Source of the DNA: Bdellovibrionota bacterium | GTDB lineage: Bacteria > Bdellovibrionota > Bdellovibrionia > Bdellovibrionales > JAEYZS01 | Length of the DNA stretch: 64,000 bases | NCBI GenBank assembly: GCA_963169515.1 | Contig: CAUJEF010000007.1 | Span: 12,546 to 76,545, forward strand | Direction of reading: 5' to 3' | Shown here: piece after piece, positions 1 to 7,218 of the stretch | Layout: each line of letters starts with the position of its first letter | Numbering within the stretch: position 1 is the stretch's first letter | Notes under the pieces: model-generated | Told to the model about the DNA's origin: nothing | The model's database searches: none | Seen by the model: only the letters and a program-made list of their open reading frames with translations | Position numbers and translations under genes: made by a program

Positions 1-508
1 AGGGTAGAGGCAATAAGATTTCCCATCATTTTCATGGTTTGATTTACGGCTAAAATTTCAGGCGTCGTTACGAGCACAACAGCAGAGCTTTTTTCGATCA
101 CTTTCATTTGTGTGTCTGTAACCGTGCAGCCCAAGTCTACAAAGATATATTGGAAAAACTGTGACAAAAATCGAAGTGGGCTGTCAATGTAATCTGCACC
201 AAGATTTAGTTTTTCAGAAGGCCCTTTAACTGCCGCAACGTATCCTATTCCAGAAACATGCTTGCTCACAAATGCGGGAATGGTTTGGGCCGTCAATTGA
301 CCGGTAAATGTAGCAAGATCTGAAATTGTTTTTTGTGGACGAATTCCTAAAATTACGTTTTGATCGCCGCAGGATTCGGAATCTAAGTCGACCAGAAGAA
401 CCCGAGAGCGAGTTTCTTTTAGGCACGCGATGGCAAGGTTTGCAGCGACAACACTTTTTCCCACGCCACCTTTGCCGCCAAGAATTGAAATTATATGAGA
501 GTTTTCCA
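1..508 (-). CDS. ParA/MinD-type pilus assembly ATPase (TadZ/CpaE-like), C-terminus cut by window edge
   Basis: Not in the ORF track because it runs off the window. Manual translation from ATG at 508 gives MENSHIISILGGKGGVGKSVVAANLAIACLKETRSRVLLVDLDSESCGDQ... with a KGGVGKS P-loop at residue ~12. The frame is open down to nt 1. It lies immediately downstream of the secretin gene in the Tad operon. Confidence 0.75.
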
Positions 509-513
509 TAAAT

Positions 514-537
514 AAGCTTGTGGTTCTCCACAAGCTT
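514..537 (-). promoter_or_regulatory. Perfect 10-bp stem / 4-nt loop hairpin between secretin stop and tadZ-like start
   Basis: aagcttgtgg-ttct-ccacaagctt is read directly. It ends 5 nt upstream of the ATG at 508 on the minus-strand mRNA. No Shine-Dalgarno is visible there. Confidence 0.4.
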
Positions 538-592
538 TATCGGAAAATTTCAGTGAAGCCTCTATGATTAGAGGACAAAACAAGCCGTAGGT

Positions 593-2065
593 CTAATCTT
601 TCAGCTTAAATTTTGCTTTAATCTTTTCTGATCCCGCACTTGCCGAGCTTTTAATTACCGGAGTAACAAAGACGACGAATTGAGACTGGTTACGGCGGAA
701 TTTCTTCGAGCTATAGAGCGAAATAATCGGATTATCGGCGCCAGGTGGAATTTTGTTGAAATCAGTTCCGCTTTGATTTCCAACCAAGCCGCCGATAGCA
801 GCACTTTGTCCGCTTCTGACGGCTACCGTCGTTTGAATTGAGTTATTGGATATCATTGGGATACCAGCGCTTGTTTGCCCAACAAGGCTGCCAATTTTAA
901 AAGTGATATTTAAACTGATAGTGTCCGATTGGGGGTTTGGAATTGAAGGTGTGATATTTGTTTCAAGACCGGCCTTCATACGCTCGGTACTTCCAACCCC
1001 ATTGGCGCTTTGTACAACATACGGGATGTCTGTGTAGGATTCGATTTTGCCCGGAACGCCTTCTTGAACGATAACACTCGAACTTTGTAGAACTCGTGCG
1101 TGTCCGTGTTCTTTTGCCCAATTTAGTTTGGGAAGAAGGTTACTGATGGTTCCAGTAATTGAACTTAAAGCACCGCTTGGGTTCCTTGTGCTTTGTGAAA
1201 ATTCAAACTTTGTTCCATCGTCTAAATTGGGGGTCCACTGAAAGTTAAACCCTTTTGTGTAAGACTTGTTCAGCTCCACATAGTGTACAACCAATTGAAT
1301 AATTTTGGGTGCGGGCTTTGCCGTAGGTGGTTTCGTTTTAATAAGATTGATCACCGGAACGGCATTTACCGGCTTTAGAGCTTCATTGCCTGGCTCAGTT
1401 GCCAAGTCTGGAAAATAAGCCTGCGCGATGATGAACGCCTTTGACTTTTCTTCTTCGTCGTTTGCATATCCTTCCAGAATGAATTTACCGTTAACTGCAC
1501 GGCAGGTAATTTCAGGATTATTAATGTCGCGTTCAATAAGCTCAGAAATTTTCCTTTGTGCAATGGGAGACATACGAACAAGGCTCGTGGCCTGTCCCTC
1601 GTAAAGATTAACGACGCTTATTATGCGTGCGATGTCTTTTGGTAAAAGAACTTCGCCGTCGACAACAACTTTGCCGTTGATAATTTTAATTGTTATACCT
1701 TCGATTTCATTAAGTTGCGTTTTGATTTCTGACGCGACCTTATTCAAATTTCCTTTTACAACGGAGATATAATACTCTTTAACTTTTTTTCCATTTCCAT
1801 CAAGAACAACAAGGTTACCGTTGCCAAGTTGGGTTGGTGTAAAACGAAGTGTTTTAGACGTGGGATCTAAAAAAACCTTCGTTATTTTTTTGTAATCACC
1901 TTCAAATTGTGGATTATCCGGAAGATCTGGAGCCTTTTCGTCATACGCAACACCTTGCGATAAATTGACATATCGGCGAGTGATGGCTCCTGCGGTTTCT
2001 TGTGATTGTGCAATAGTCCCATAGACAGTGAGTATCGCAACAGCAAGCTTAATAATCTTTTTCAT
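593..2065 (-). CDS. cpaC: Tad/Flp pilus secretin (RcpA/CpaC family)
   Basis: 490 aa with a signal peptide (MKKIIKLAVAILTVYGTIAQS). It has a BON-like N-terminal region and a C-terminal secretin-type domain ending ...QFVVFVTPVIKSS. It sits between the cpaB-like and tadZ-like genes. Confidence 0.85.
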   Translation of the reverse strand: MKKIIKLAVAILTVYGTIAQSQETAGAITRRYVNLSQGVAYDEKAPDLPDNPQFEGDYKKITKVFLDPTSKTLRFTPTQLGNGNLVVLDGNGKKVKEYYISVVKGNLNKVASEIKTQLNEIEGITIKIINGKVVVDGEVLLPKDIARIISVVNLYEGQATSLVRMSPIAQRKISELIERDINNPEITCRAVNGKFILEGYANDEEEKSKAFIIAQAYFPDLATEPGNEALKPVNAVPVINLIKTKPPTAKPAPKIIQLVVHYVELNKSYTKGFNFQWTPNLDDGTKFEFSQSTRNPSGALSSITGTISNLLPKLNWAKEHGHARVLQSSSVIVQEGVPGKIESYTDIPYVVQSANGVGSTERMKAGLETNITPSIPNPQSDTISLNITFKIGSLVGQTSAGIPMISNNSIQTTVAVRSGQSAAIGGLVGNQSGTDFNKIPPGADNPIISLYSSKKFRRNQSQFVVFVTPVIKSSASAGSEKIKAKFKLKD

Positions 2066-2072
2066 AATATCC

Positions 2073-2957
2073 TCACTTTACTTCCACAAATGGGCCGCGA
2101 CGGCTAGAGGGTTTTCGGGTTTCTTTGGGCGGTGTCACCGGCGGGGCAATGGGCGGCAACACACGGTTCACTATTGGCTCGCTCATAAATCCCAAAATTG
2201 TATTTGAACTGCTCGGAGCAAGATTTACAGTTACCCGATCATTCGGATTTCGAAGAGATACATACAGGCTTCCAGGGGATGATGCCAAAATGTAGACAAG
2301 GTTCTGAGCTTCTTGGGGGCTTGCCTCAACCGTAACCGAGGTAAACGATGTATCACCTTCAAGTCTTTTTATCATTGCACGGTCTGAGAAGTTTTCTTTT
2401 TCAAGAACACGAGGAATGTTGTTTGTAATGCGTTCGCCAGTTGCAAGCACGACCACGTCTTGCATTAACGTCTTTACTTGTGCCTTTTTGGTTGGACCAG
2501 ATCCGCTTTCGATATTGGCTAAAATGTCAATGTGATCGCCTGGTATAATCAGTTTTGCAACCCCGCGGACTTCGTCGATGGGAATGGAAACGGCTCGCTT
2601 TTGGGGAGCAATTTGTCTTGCCAGACCCGTATTGGGTCCGAGCGTATGGGTCTTATTGTCTATGATAGGTTCGCCTTTTTTAAATGGTACGGCGGCAACT
2701 CGATTTACGGCTTCTGCGATATCTTCGAATGTGCCGATTTGGATGAATTTTGCGGGGACCTCAACGTACTCAACCATTGTTTCATCTATATAAGCCATGT
2801 CTTGAATATCTGTTTTTGCGACAACGATGTTCTTTTTTACGCCAAATTCTCTGTCGTACATGGCCTTTTTCTCTTGGGAGTAGCTGTAGATTAAAAACAT
2901 CGCCAAAACTCCAAGCCCTACGGATATCCATAATGTTCGTGACTGATTCGGGCCCAT
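2073..2957 (-). CDS. cpaB: Flp pilus assembly protein CpaB/RcpC
   Basis: N-terminal TM segment (LWISVGLGVLAMFLIYSY) followed by a SAF/RcpC-like body. The preferred start is ATG at 2957, 1 nt after the upstream stop with GGTGG upstream. The track ORF extends to 2978. Confidence 0.8.
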   Translation of the reverse strand: MGPNQSRTLWISVGLGVLAMFLIYSYSQEKKAMYDREFGVKKNIVVAKTDIQDMAYIDETMVEYVEVPAKFIQIGTFEDIAEAVNRVAAVPFKKGEPIIDNKTHTLGPNTGLARQIAPQKRAVSIPIDEVRGVAKLIIPGDHIDILANIESGSGPTKKAQVKTLMQDVVVLATGERITNNIPRVLEKENFSDRAMIKRLEGDTSFTSVTVEASPQEAQNLVYILASSPGSLYVSLRNPNDRVTVNLAPSSSNTILGFMSEPIVNRVLPPIAPPVTPPKETRKPSSRRGPFVEVK

Positions 2958-2958
2958 A

Positions 2959-3426
2959 TTAACCACCACACTTTGCATCTAAGCAGATGCCGTAAGCTGT
3001 TTTTATCCATATCGGATTTGCTTTATTATATTTTCCTGGCATAGGGACGCCTTCGGTTGCCTTATCCGGCCTAAATGTACTGGAATTCGTTTCCGCTGCG
3101 TCTGTTGCAATTGTAATTGGAACTTTTTGGGCGATCCAGAGATCATCAGGATTAGGAAGAATTACACCATGAGCCCGAAACCCAAGGGCGGCCATGCTCT
3201 CTGGTCGGTCAGTAGATGGATTTCTGTGGTAGGTTACGTTTGCGCGGTTACGAATAATTTCAAACGCATACGCACGGGCGGAAATTGAATTTAAAATTCC
3301 TGTGTGAATTGCGCTATAAAACCCCGTTGCAAAGCCCATGAATAATACAAAAATGAAAAGTAACATGGTCGTTTCAACAGTTGCCAACCCCTTTTCGTTA
3401 TTCATGTTTTTTTTAATCTTTTTCAT
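2959..3426 (-). CDS. TadE-like pseudopilin (prepilin-type N-terminus)
   Basis: From Met36 of the track ORF: MKKIKKNMNNEKG|LATVETTMLLFIFVLFMGF. This is a G-x4-E prepilin-like cleavage motif followed by a hydrophobic helix. The start lies 1 nt after the upstream stop (TAAaATG). Confidence 0.65.
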   Translation of the reverse strand: MKKIKKNMNNEKGLATVETTMLLFIFVLFMGFATGFYSAIHTGILNSISARAYAFEIIRNRANVTYHRNPSTDRPESMAALGFRAHGVILPNPDDLWIAQKVPITIATDAAETNSSTFRPDKATEGVPMPGKYNKANPIWIKTAYGICLDAKCGG

Positions 3427-3427
3427 T

Positions 3428-4012
3428 TTAACATCCATTATCATCAAATGCCACATAGCCCGTGCCACTGGTCGTAGTTGCAAGACCATAGCTTTCGTCC
3501 AAGGCTTTAATTCGTGTATACCGCTGCTCAATCATTTCCATACATTCTTTCGATGTCACTTCTCGACCTAAAAATGATGTCACGGTTGTTTTATAACCAT
3601 TTTCTCTTTCGGTTGAGCCAACAAAGGGGATGGTCATACCGAGGAGCTTGGCTTGCACATTGAATCGCGCGCCGATAAAGACGTCTCTGCCGTCGGCGCC
3701 GCCGTAAAGGTTTGAAAAGTCCCCAAAATTAGGGGTTATGATAAACCAATCTTTTTTTGGGCTTAAAAAATAAGCGAATTTTCCATTTACAAGTTTATCA
3801 AAAACATTTTCAGCGAGCCTTATTTGCGCAGCACGATCAATATTGCCGGCAAAATATGCTCGCGAAGACGAATACGCTGTGTATTGAATGATTTCTATAA
3901 GGGAAAGTGTAAAACAAAACATACCAAATACCACCGTCGTCCCCATCACAAGCATAAGTGCGAAAAGGAAATCTAAACTTAAAGCGCCGCTCTGGTTTCT
4001 GAGGTTCTTCAT
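3428..4012 (-). CDS. TadE/TadF-like pseudopilin
   Basis: MKNLRNQSG|ALSLDFLFALMLVMGTTVVFGMF: a short basic leader, Gly, an acidic residue at +5 and a hydrophobic helix. ATGA overlap with the upstream gene. Confidence 0.6.
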   Translation of the reverse strand: MKNLRNQSGALSLDFLFALMLVMGTTVVFGMFCFTLSLIEIIQYTAYSSSRAYFAGNIDRAAQIRLAENVFDKLVNGKFAYFLSPKKDWFIITPNFGDFSNLYGGADGRDVFIGARFNVQAKLLGMTIPFVGSTERENGYKTTVTSFLGREVTSKECMEMIEQRYTRIKALDESYGLATTTSGTGYVAFDDNGC

Positions 4013-4257
4013 TCGGCAGTCCCCTTTACAGAAAGGTGGTGAGATCCGTGTCCGGGATGAAAGCCTCTTGTTTTGTCGGGTTTTCCAAACTTTCCGTTTT
4101 CAATCATTCCAGAAACCTGATCCCAAGGACCTGACACAAGCTTATTTGCAAATTCCCCGTGCACGAATGTTCTTTGAATCACAAGCCCAATTGCAAGCAC
4201 AACCACCAAAAGCAACACCATTTCGACGGTCATTTGTCCGGCCTGAGAACTTTTCAT
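4009..4257 (-). CDS. Small prepilin-like protein (82 aa) with His-rich C-terminus
   Basis: From an internal Met: MKSSQAG|QMTVEMVLLLVVVLAIGLVI (Glu at +5), with the tail ...GFHPGHGSHHLSVKG. The start overlaps the peptidase stop (ATGA). The track ORF extends to 4299. Confidence 0.6.
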   Translation of the reverse strand: MKSSQAGQMTVEMVLLLVVVLAIGLVIQRTFVHGEFANKLVSGPWDQVSGMIENGKFGKPDKTRGFHPGHGSHHLSVKGTAE

Positions 4258-4760
4258 ATTGCACTTCCGTAGTGGCTTACAATCAAATGACTGACCCATC
4301 CGCAGAGCAAAGCGAATGTGTACGGAATTTTATGCAGTTGTTCTTGTGGAGCTCCTTTTAGCATTACGATGGTAGAAAGATTTTGAGCAAAGCTTTTAAT
4401 GCCTTTATTCATTATCAACATTCCGAGGCCGAGAATTGTTCCCCATAAAAGCGAATACAAAAACACGTTAATGACGGTGCCCATTGAGGTAGCAACGCCA
4501 AAAGCAGTAAAAATTTTTACATCGCCGCCACCTAGAGCTTTAATTAAAAAAAGCGGAAGCGTTATGGCAAGCGCTAACCCCCCGGAATAAAGCGCGTTCA
4601 AAAGCCCGCTTATTCCCCAAAAATAGACTGTATGAACGACCCCCAAACCAAGGCAAAACAAAAACACCCAATTATGAACTTTACGCTTCATAACGTCGTC
4701 AATTGTCGCTAAGCCTAGAATGACAGACGGGACAACATAAACCATCACTTTACCACCCAA
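4254..4760 (-). CDS. cpaA: A24-family prepilin peptidase (TadV/CpaA)
   Basis: 168 aa and polytopic. It carries the GGGDVKIFTAFG motif typical of aspartic prepilin peptidases, and an early Asp in LATIDDVMKRKV. The start may instead be Met6 (4745). Confidence 0.85.
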   Translation of the reverse strand: MGGKVMVYVVPSVILGLATIDDVMKRKVHNWVFLFCLGLGVVHTVYFWGISGLLNALYSGGLALAITLPLFLIKALGGGDVKIFTAFGVATSMGTVINVFLYSLLWGTILGLGMLIMNKGIKSFAQNLSTIVMLKGAPQEQLHKIPYTFALLCGWVSHLIVSHYGSAI

Positions 4761-4935
4761 TCGGCTCTGGAGCTTTTTTTGCCTTTTGTATGAACTCAGA
4801 GCCTGTTGTTATATGAACTTCGATTCTGGCGCCCAAGCTGGGGCCAGCGTTTCTAAAAACCTCTGGAGGTTTTTTGAAAACCCCTCCAATAATGAAGATC
4901 GCTAATGCTAATAACAGTACAAGCTCTGTGGTCAT
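4750..4935 (-). CDS. 61-aa pilin-like protein without leader peptide
   Basis: MTTELVLLLALAIFIIGGVF...: a hydrophobic pilin-type helix begins at residue 2 with Glu at position 4. The ATG lies 6 nt after the flp stop, with GGGGA upstream. Confidence 0.5.
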   Translation of the reverse strand: MTTELVLLLALAIFIIGGVFKKPPEVFRNAGPSLGARIEVHITTGSEFIQKAKKAPEPIGW

Positions 4936-4941
4936 GTTGGA

Positions 4942-5133
4942 CTAATCCCCAGAAGAAAAGCTTTGAACGCTATCATTGATGGACCCCATTTTGGTTTCGA
5001 TCATTGATTTAATTTTGTCTTTGAACACGATTACAACAGCGACAACGACGACCAGTAATAAAATATACTCTGTCGCACCTTGAGCTGATTCATCTTTCCA
5101 CAGACGTTTGAATGTATTTTTAAGTTGTTTCAT
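4942..5133 (-). CDS. flp: Flp-family type IVb pilin (63 aa)
   Basis: MKQLKNTFKRLWKDESAQGATEYILLLVVVVAVVIVF...: G-x-x-EY followed by a hydrophobic stretch. A strong SD (AGGAGG) lies 7 nt upstream of the ATG at 5133. The track ORF start at 5178 is probably too long. Confidence 0.8.
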   Translation of the reverse strand: MKQLKNTFKRLWKDESAQGATEYILLLVVVVAVVIVFKDKIKSMIETKMGSINDSVQSFSSGD

Positions 5134-5173
5134 ATTGAGTCCTCCTCTATGGAAACTTATCGGTGAATAAGTG

Positions 5174-5189
5174 AGCAATGTTTAAGCCT
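5174..5189 (-). promoter_or_regulatory. Candidate sigma-54 (-24/-12) promoter for flp operon
   Basis: The minus strand reads aGGCttaaacaTTGCt. GG and TTGC have the exact consensus spacing (TGGCACG-N4-TTGCW). The other positions do not match. It lies ~40 nt upstream of the flp ATG. Confidence 0.3.
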
Positions 5190-5416
5190 AAGTGTTGATT
5201 TTTAGACGGCATTTAACTAAAAAATCTCATTTTGAGACACTTTTTGATAAAAGCTCCTGAAAGTCCTGTAAACAAGATCGACAAAGAGGCTCGGATATTC
5301 CGTTTTTGCAATAGAGGGGATTGGAGCCCCCCCTTGTTCTAAGTCGCGCTCCTCGTCGGAGTGATTAAAATGGGGTCATTAAAAACTGGTCCCCTTCGTT
5401 GTTGGTACGTCAACCT

Positions 5417-5549
5417 GGTTGCTCCTTAACTTAATTGTCTTCCTTGTAAAAACGAGTTCCGCAAGGCGCGATGCTCACAGTAGTGAGCGGCGCGGTCTGA
5501 GGACTGTCCGAGATTTTTACAAGGAAGACAATTAAGTTTAAGGAGCACC
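5417..5549. repeat. Long inverted repeat (~33-bp arms, one indel per arm, 61-nt spacer containing an inner 6-bp hairpin)
   Basis: The left arm ggttgctccttaacttaattgtcttccttgtaaaaa (5417-5452) pairs with the right arm tttttacaaggaagacaattaagtttaaggagcacc (5514-5549). The spacer contains gctcac-agta-gtgagc. Confidence 0.85.
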
Positions 5550-5674
5550 AAATCTTTCTTTTCCAACGACCAAGTGGGCCCGTTTTTGAAATATTAACCC
5601 TGATATCTTCCAGAACAAATATTGCCACGCAATGAGCCTTGCCAGCAGGGTGATTTTTTTATACCTTCGTTCGC

Positions 5675-6220
5675 ATGCAAAAAGAGTTTTTTAAAAAAAC
5701 AGAGAAAGCTTACGGTGGAGAACTTCTCAAGAAGCGAAAGGGCCGTATTGCGGGGCGACCAGTCGTCACCAAGCAAACAATGCATTTGGTGCTTAGATCT
5801 TCCGTTGCAAAGGGCAAATGGTCATTTTTAGAGCCAAAAAATAAAGAAAACATTCGAATTATTTTGCGCAAATTCGCTGAAAAATATGGGGTGAAGCTTC
5901 TCCACGGAGCCAATGTCGGCAACCATATTCATTTGGAAATTCAACTTACCAACCGACATACCTATAAACCGTTTATTCGCGCCGTCACCGCAGCTATTGC
6001 AATGAAAATAACTGGTGTCAGCCGTTGGAAAAGCAAAGAAGACGTTGGAATAAATAAGTTCTGGGATTTGCGTCCTTTTACCCGGGTGGTGGTCGGATGG
6101 AACGCTCGATTGTCATTAAAAGATTACATTAAAGTGAATCACCTGGAGGCGAAGGGGTTCAAGCGAGACATTGCAAAAGTTTTTATTCAACGCCAGCGTG
6201 GTTTATTGCAATCTGGCTAG
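5675..6220 (+). CDS. HUH/Y1 transposase-like protein (IS200/IS605 TnpA or REP-associated RAYT-like)
   Basis: 181 aa. It has ...MHLVLRSS..., an HUH motif in GNHIHLEIQ, and a candidate catalytic Tyr in LKDYIKVNH. No tnpB/second ORF is present. Confidence 0.65.
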   Translation: MQKEFFKKTEKAYGGELLKKRKGRIAGRPVVTKQTMHLVLRSSVAKGKWSFLEPKNKENIRIILRKFAEKYGVKLLHGANVGNHIHLEIQLTNRHTYKPFIRAVTAAIAMKITGVSRWKSKEDVGINKFWDLRPFTRVVVGWNARLSLKDYIKVNHLEAKGFKRDIAKVFIQRQRGLLQSG

Positions 6221-6243
6221 CACAACTTAGCTAGCACAACCTA
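6216..6243. repeat. 14-bp tandem direct repeat x2 at 3' end of Y1 transposase gene
   Basis: gctagcacaactta / gctagcacaaccta is read directly. It spans the TAG stop (6218-6220). Confidence 0.7.
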
Positions 6244-6264
6244 GCCGGCACGATCCCAACCAGC

Positions 6265-7113
6265 TTATTCTTTGCTGTTCTGAAAATTCATCACTTGGCT
6301 TCCAAAGAACACAACAAGCGCAATTACGATCGCGGCGATAACCAAATATTTAAAAAATTGACCGAAAGACATGGGTTCATCCTTCGGAATCTCTGCAGGT
6401 TTTCTGTCCTCGGTCACGACAGGTATTTTTTTTGCAGTTCTTATTTCATTGGAATCCACTTTGGCCGCGATGCCAGAGACAGCCGTGGCGGCTTGCTTTT
6501 TTTTCTGTTCGCCGGGGACGGGAATGTAGCGAGATCTATTCCCCCCGCCGACCCGTATAGTTTCATCAATAACAATAATTTTTCGGCTTCCCCTGGAAAT
6601 TCCTTCGGAATCAGCCCCAGCAGCATCCTTTTTTTCCTCGCCCCCGGCGTTGGCTGCAATCGAGCGTCTATTCCGCCTTCCAGATCCGGAGCTAAAAAAG
6701 CCATCAGATCCGCTACCCCCGCTGATGTTTGAGGCTGAGTTGCTAGAGTTAGAGCCATCATGATCCCCATTTTTGTCTTTTGTATTATTTGGGTCACCGC
6801 TGCCATCAGGGTTGTTAGCCTCACCAGATCCGTCCGTTCCGCCTGATCCAGCGCCCGCCCCGCCAGCACCTATTTGGGGATCGTCACAATTAACTCCGGC
6901 AGGAAGATTTCCAGGAAGCTGTCCGTAAGTCAGCGCACATTCCAGCTGTGTACCGACAATGTTTTCACCAAAGAAGCGAAAAGCAGAGCCAAACTTAAAT
7001 AAAACACCGGTGATCAGCGCGACAACAATAAATAAAATTAAGACGTACTCAAGTGCCGCTTGACCCTTTTGATTGCTCGCGAGGTTGTTGTTTTTAGAAA
7101 ATTGGTTTTCCAC
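6265..7113 (-). CDS. Flp-motif prepilin fused to G/S/N/D-rich disordered region and C-terminal TM anchor
   Basis: 282 aa with a GTG start. The N-terminus ...NQKG|QAALEYVLILFIVVALITGV is a perfect G-x4-EY Flp motif. The middle is low-complexity (GAGGAGAGSGGTDGSGEANNPDGSG...). The C-terminal helix is FFKYLVIAAIVIALVVFFG. Confidence 0.65.
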   Translation of the reverse strand: MENQFSKNNNLASNQKGQAALEYVLILFIVVALITGVLFKFGSAFRFFGENIVGTQLECALTYGQLPGNLPAGVNCDDPQIGAGGAGAGSGGTDGSGEANNPDGSGDPNNTKDKNGDHDGSNSSNSASNISGGSGSDGFFSSGSGRRNRRSIAANAGGEEKKDAAGADSEGISRGSRKIIVIDETIRVGGGNRSRYIPVPGEQKKKQAATAVSGIAAKVDSNEIRTAKKIPVVTEDRKPAEIPKDEPMSFGQFFKYLVIAAIVIALVVFFGSQVMNFQNSKE

Positions 7114-7218
7114 ATAATCTATTTCGACATTTAAAAGTTAAATATTTAATAGACAAAGGTCCAGGTCATCGAGCAACGACTTATTCAAAAAACGGAATAA
7201 GTACTAATATTTATAAAT

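Noticed and set aside
226-531. Track ORF (101 aa, minus) overlapping the tadZ-like region
   Set aside because: The frame is wrong. Its translation is Arg/Cys-rich nonsense. The adjacent frame starting at 508 gives a clean ParA/MinD P-loop protein that runs to the window edge.
5240-5420. Possible riboswitch or ncRNA between flp promoter region and the inverted repeat (several short GC hairpins, C7 run at 5328-5334)
   Set aside because: I could not match it to any riboswitch or ncRNA consensus I know (c-di-GMP, SAM, 6S, etc.). The hairpins are short. It is left as unexplained intergenic sequence rather than a call.
6295-6869. Two long ORFs (145 aa plus strand, 142 aa minus strand alternate frame) inside the 282-aa gene
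   Set aside because: These are shadow ORFs produced by the GC-rich low-complexity Gly/Ser/Asp coding repeat. They have no start context and no recognisable features.
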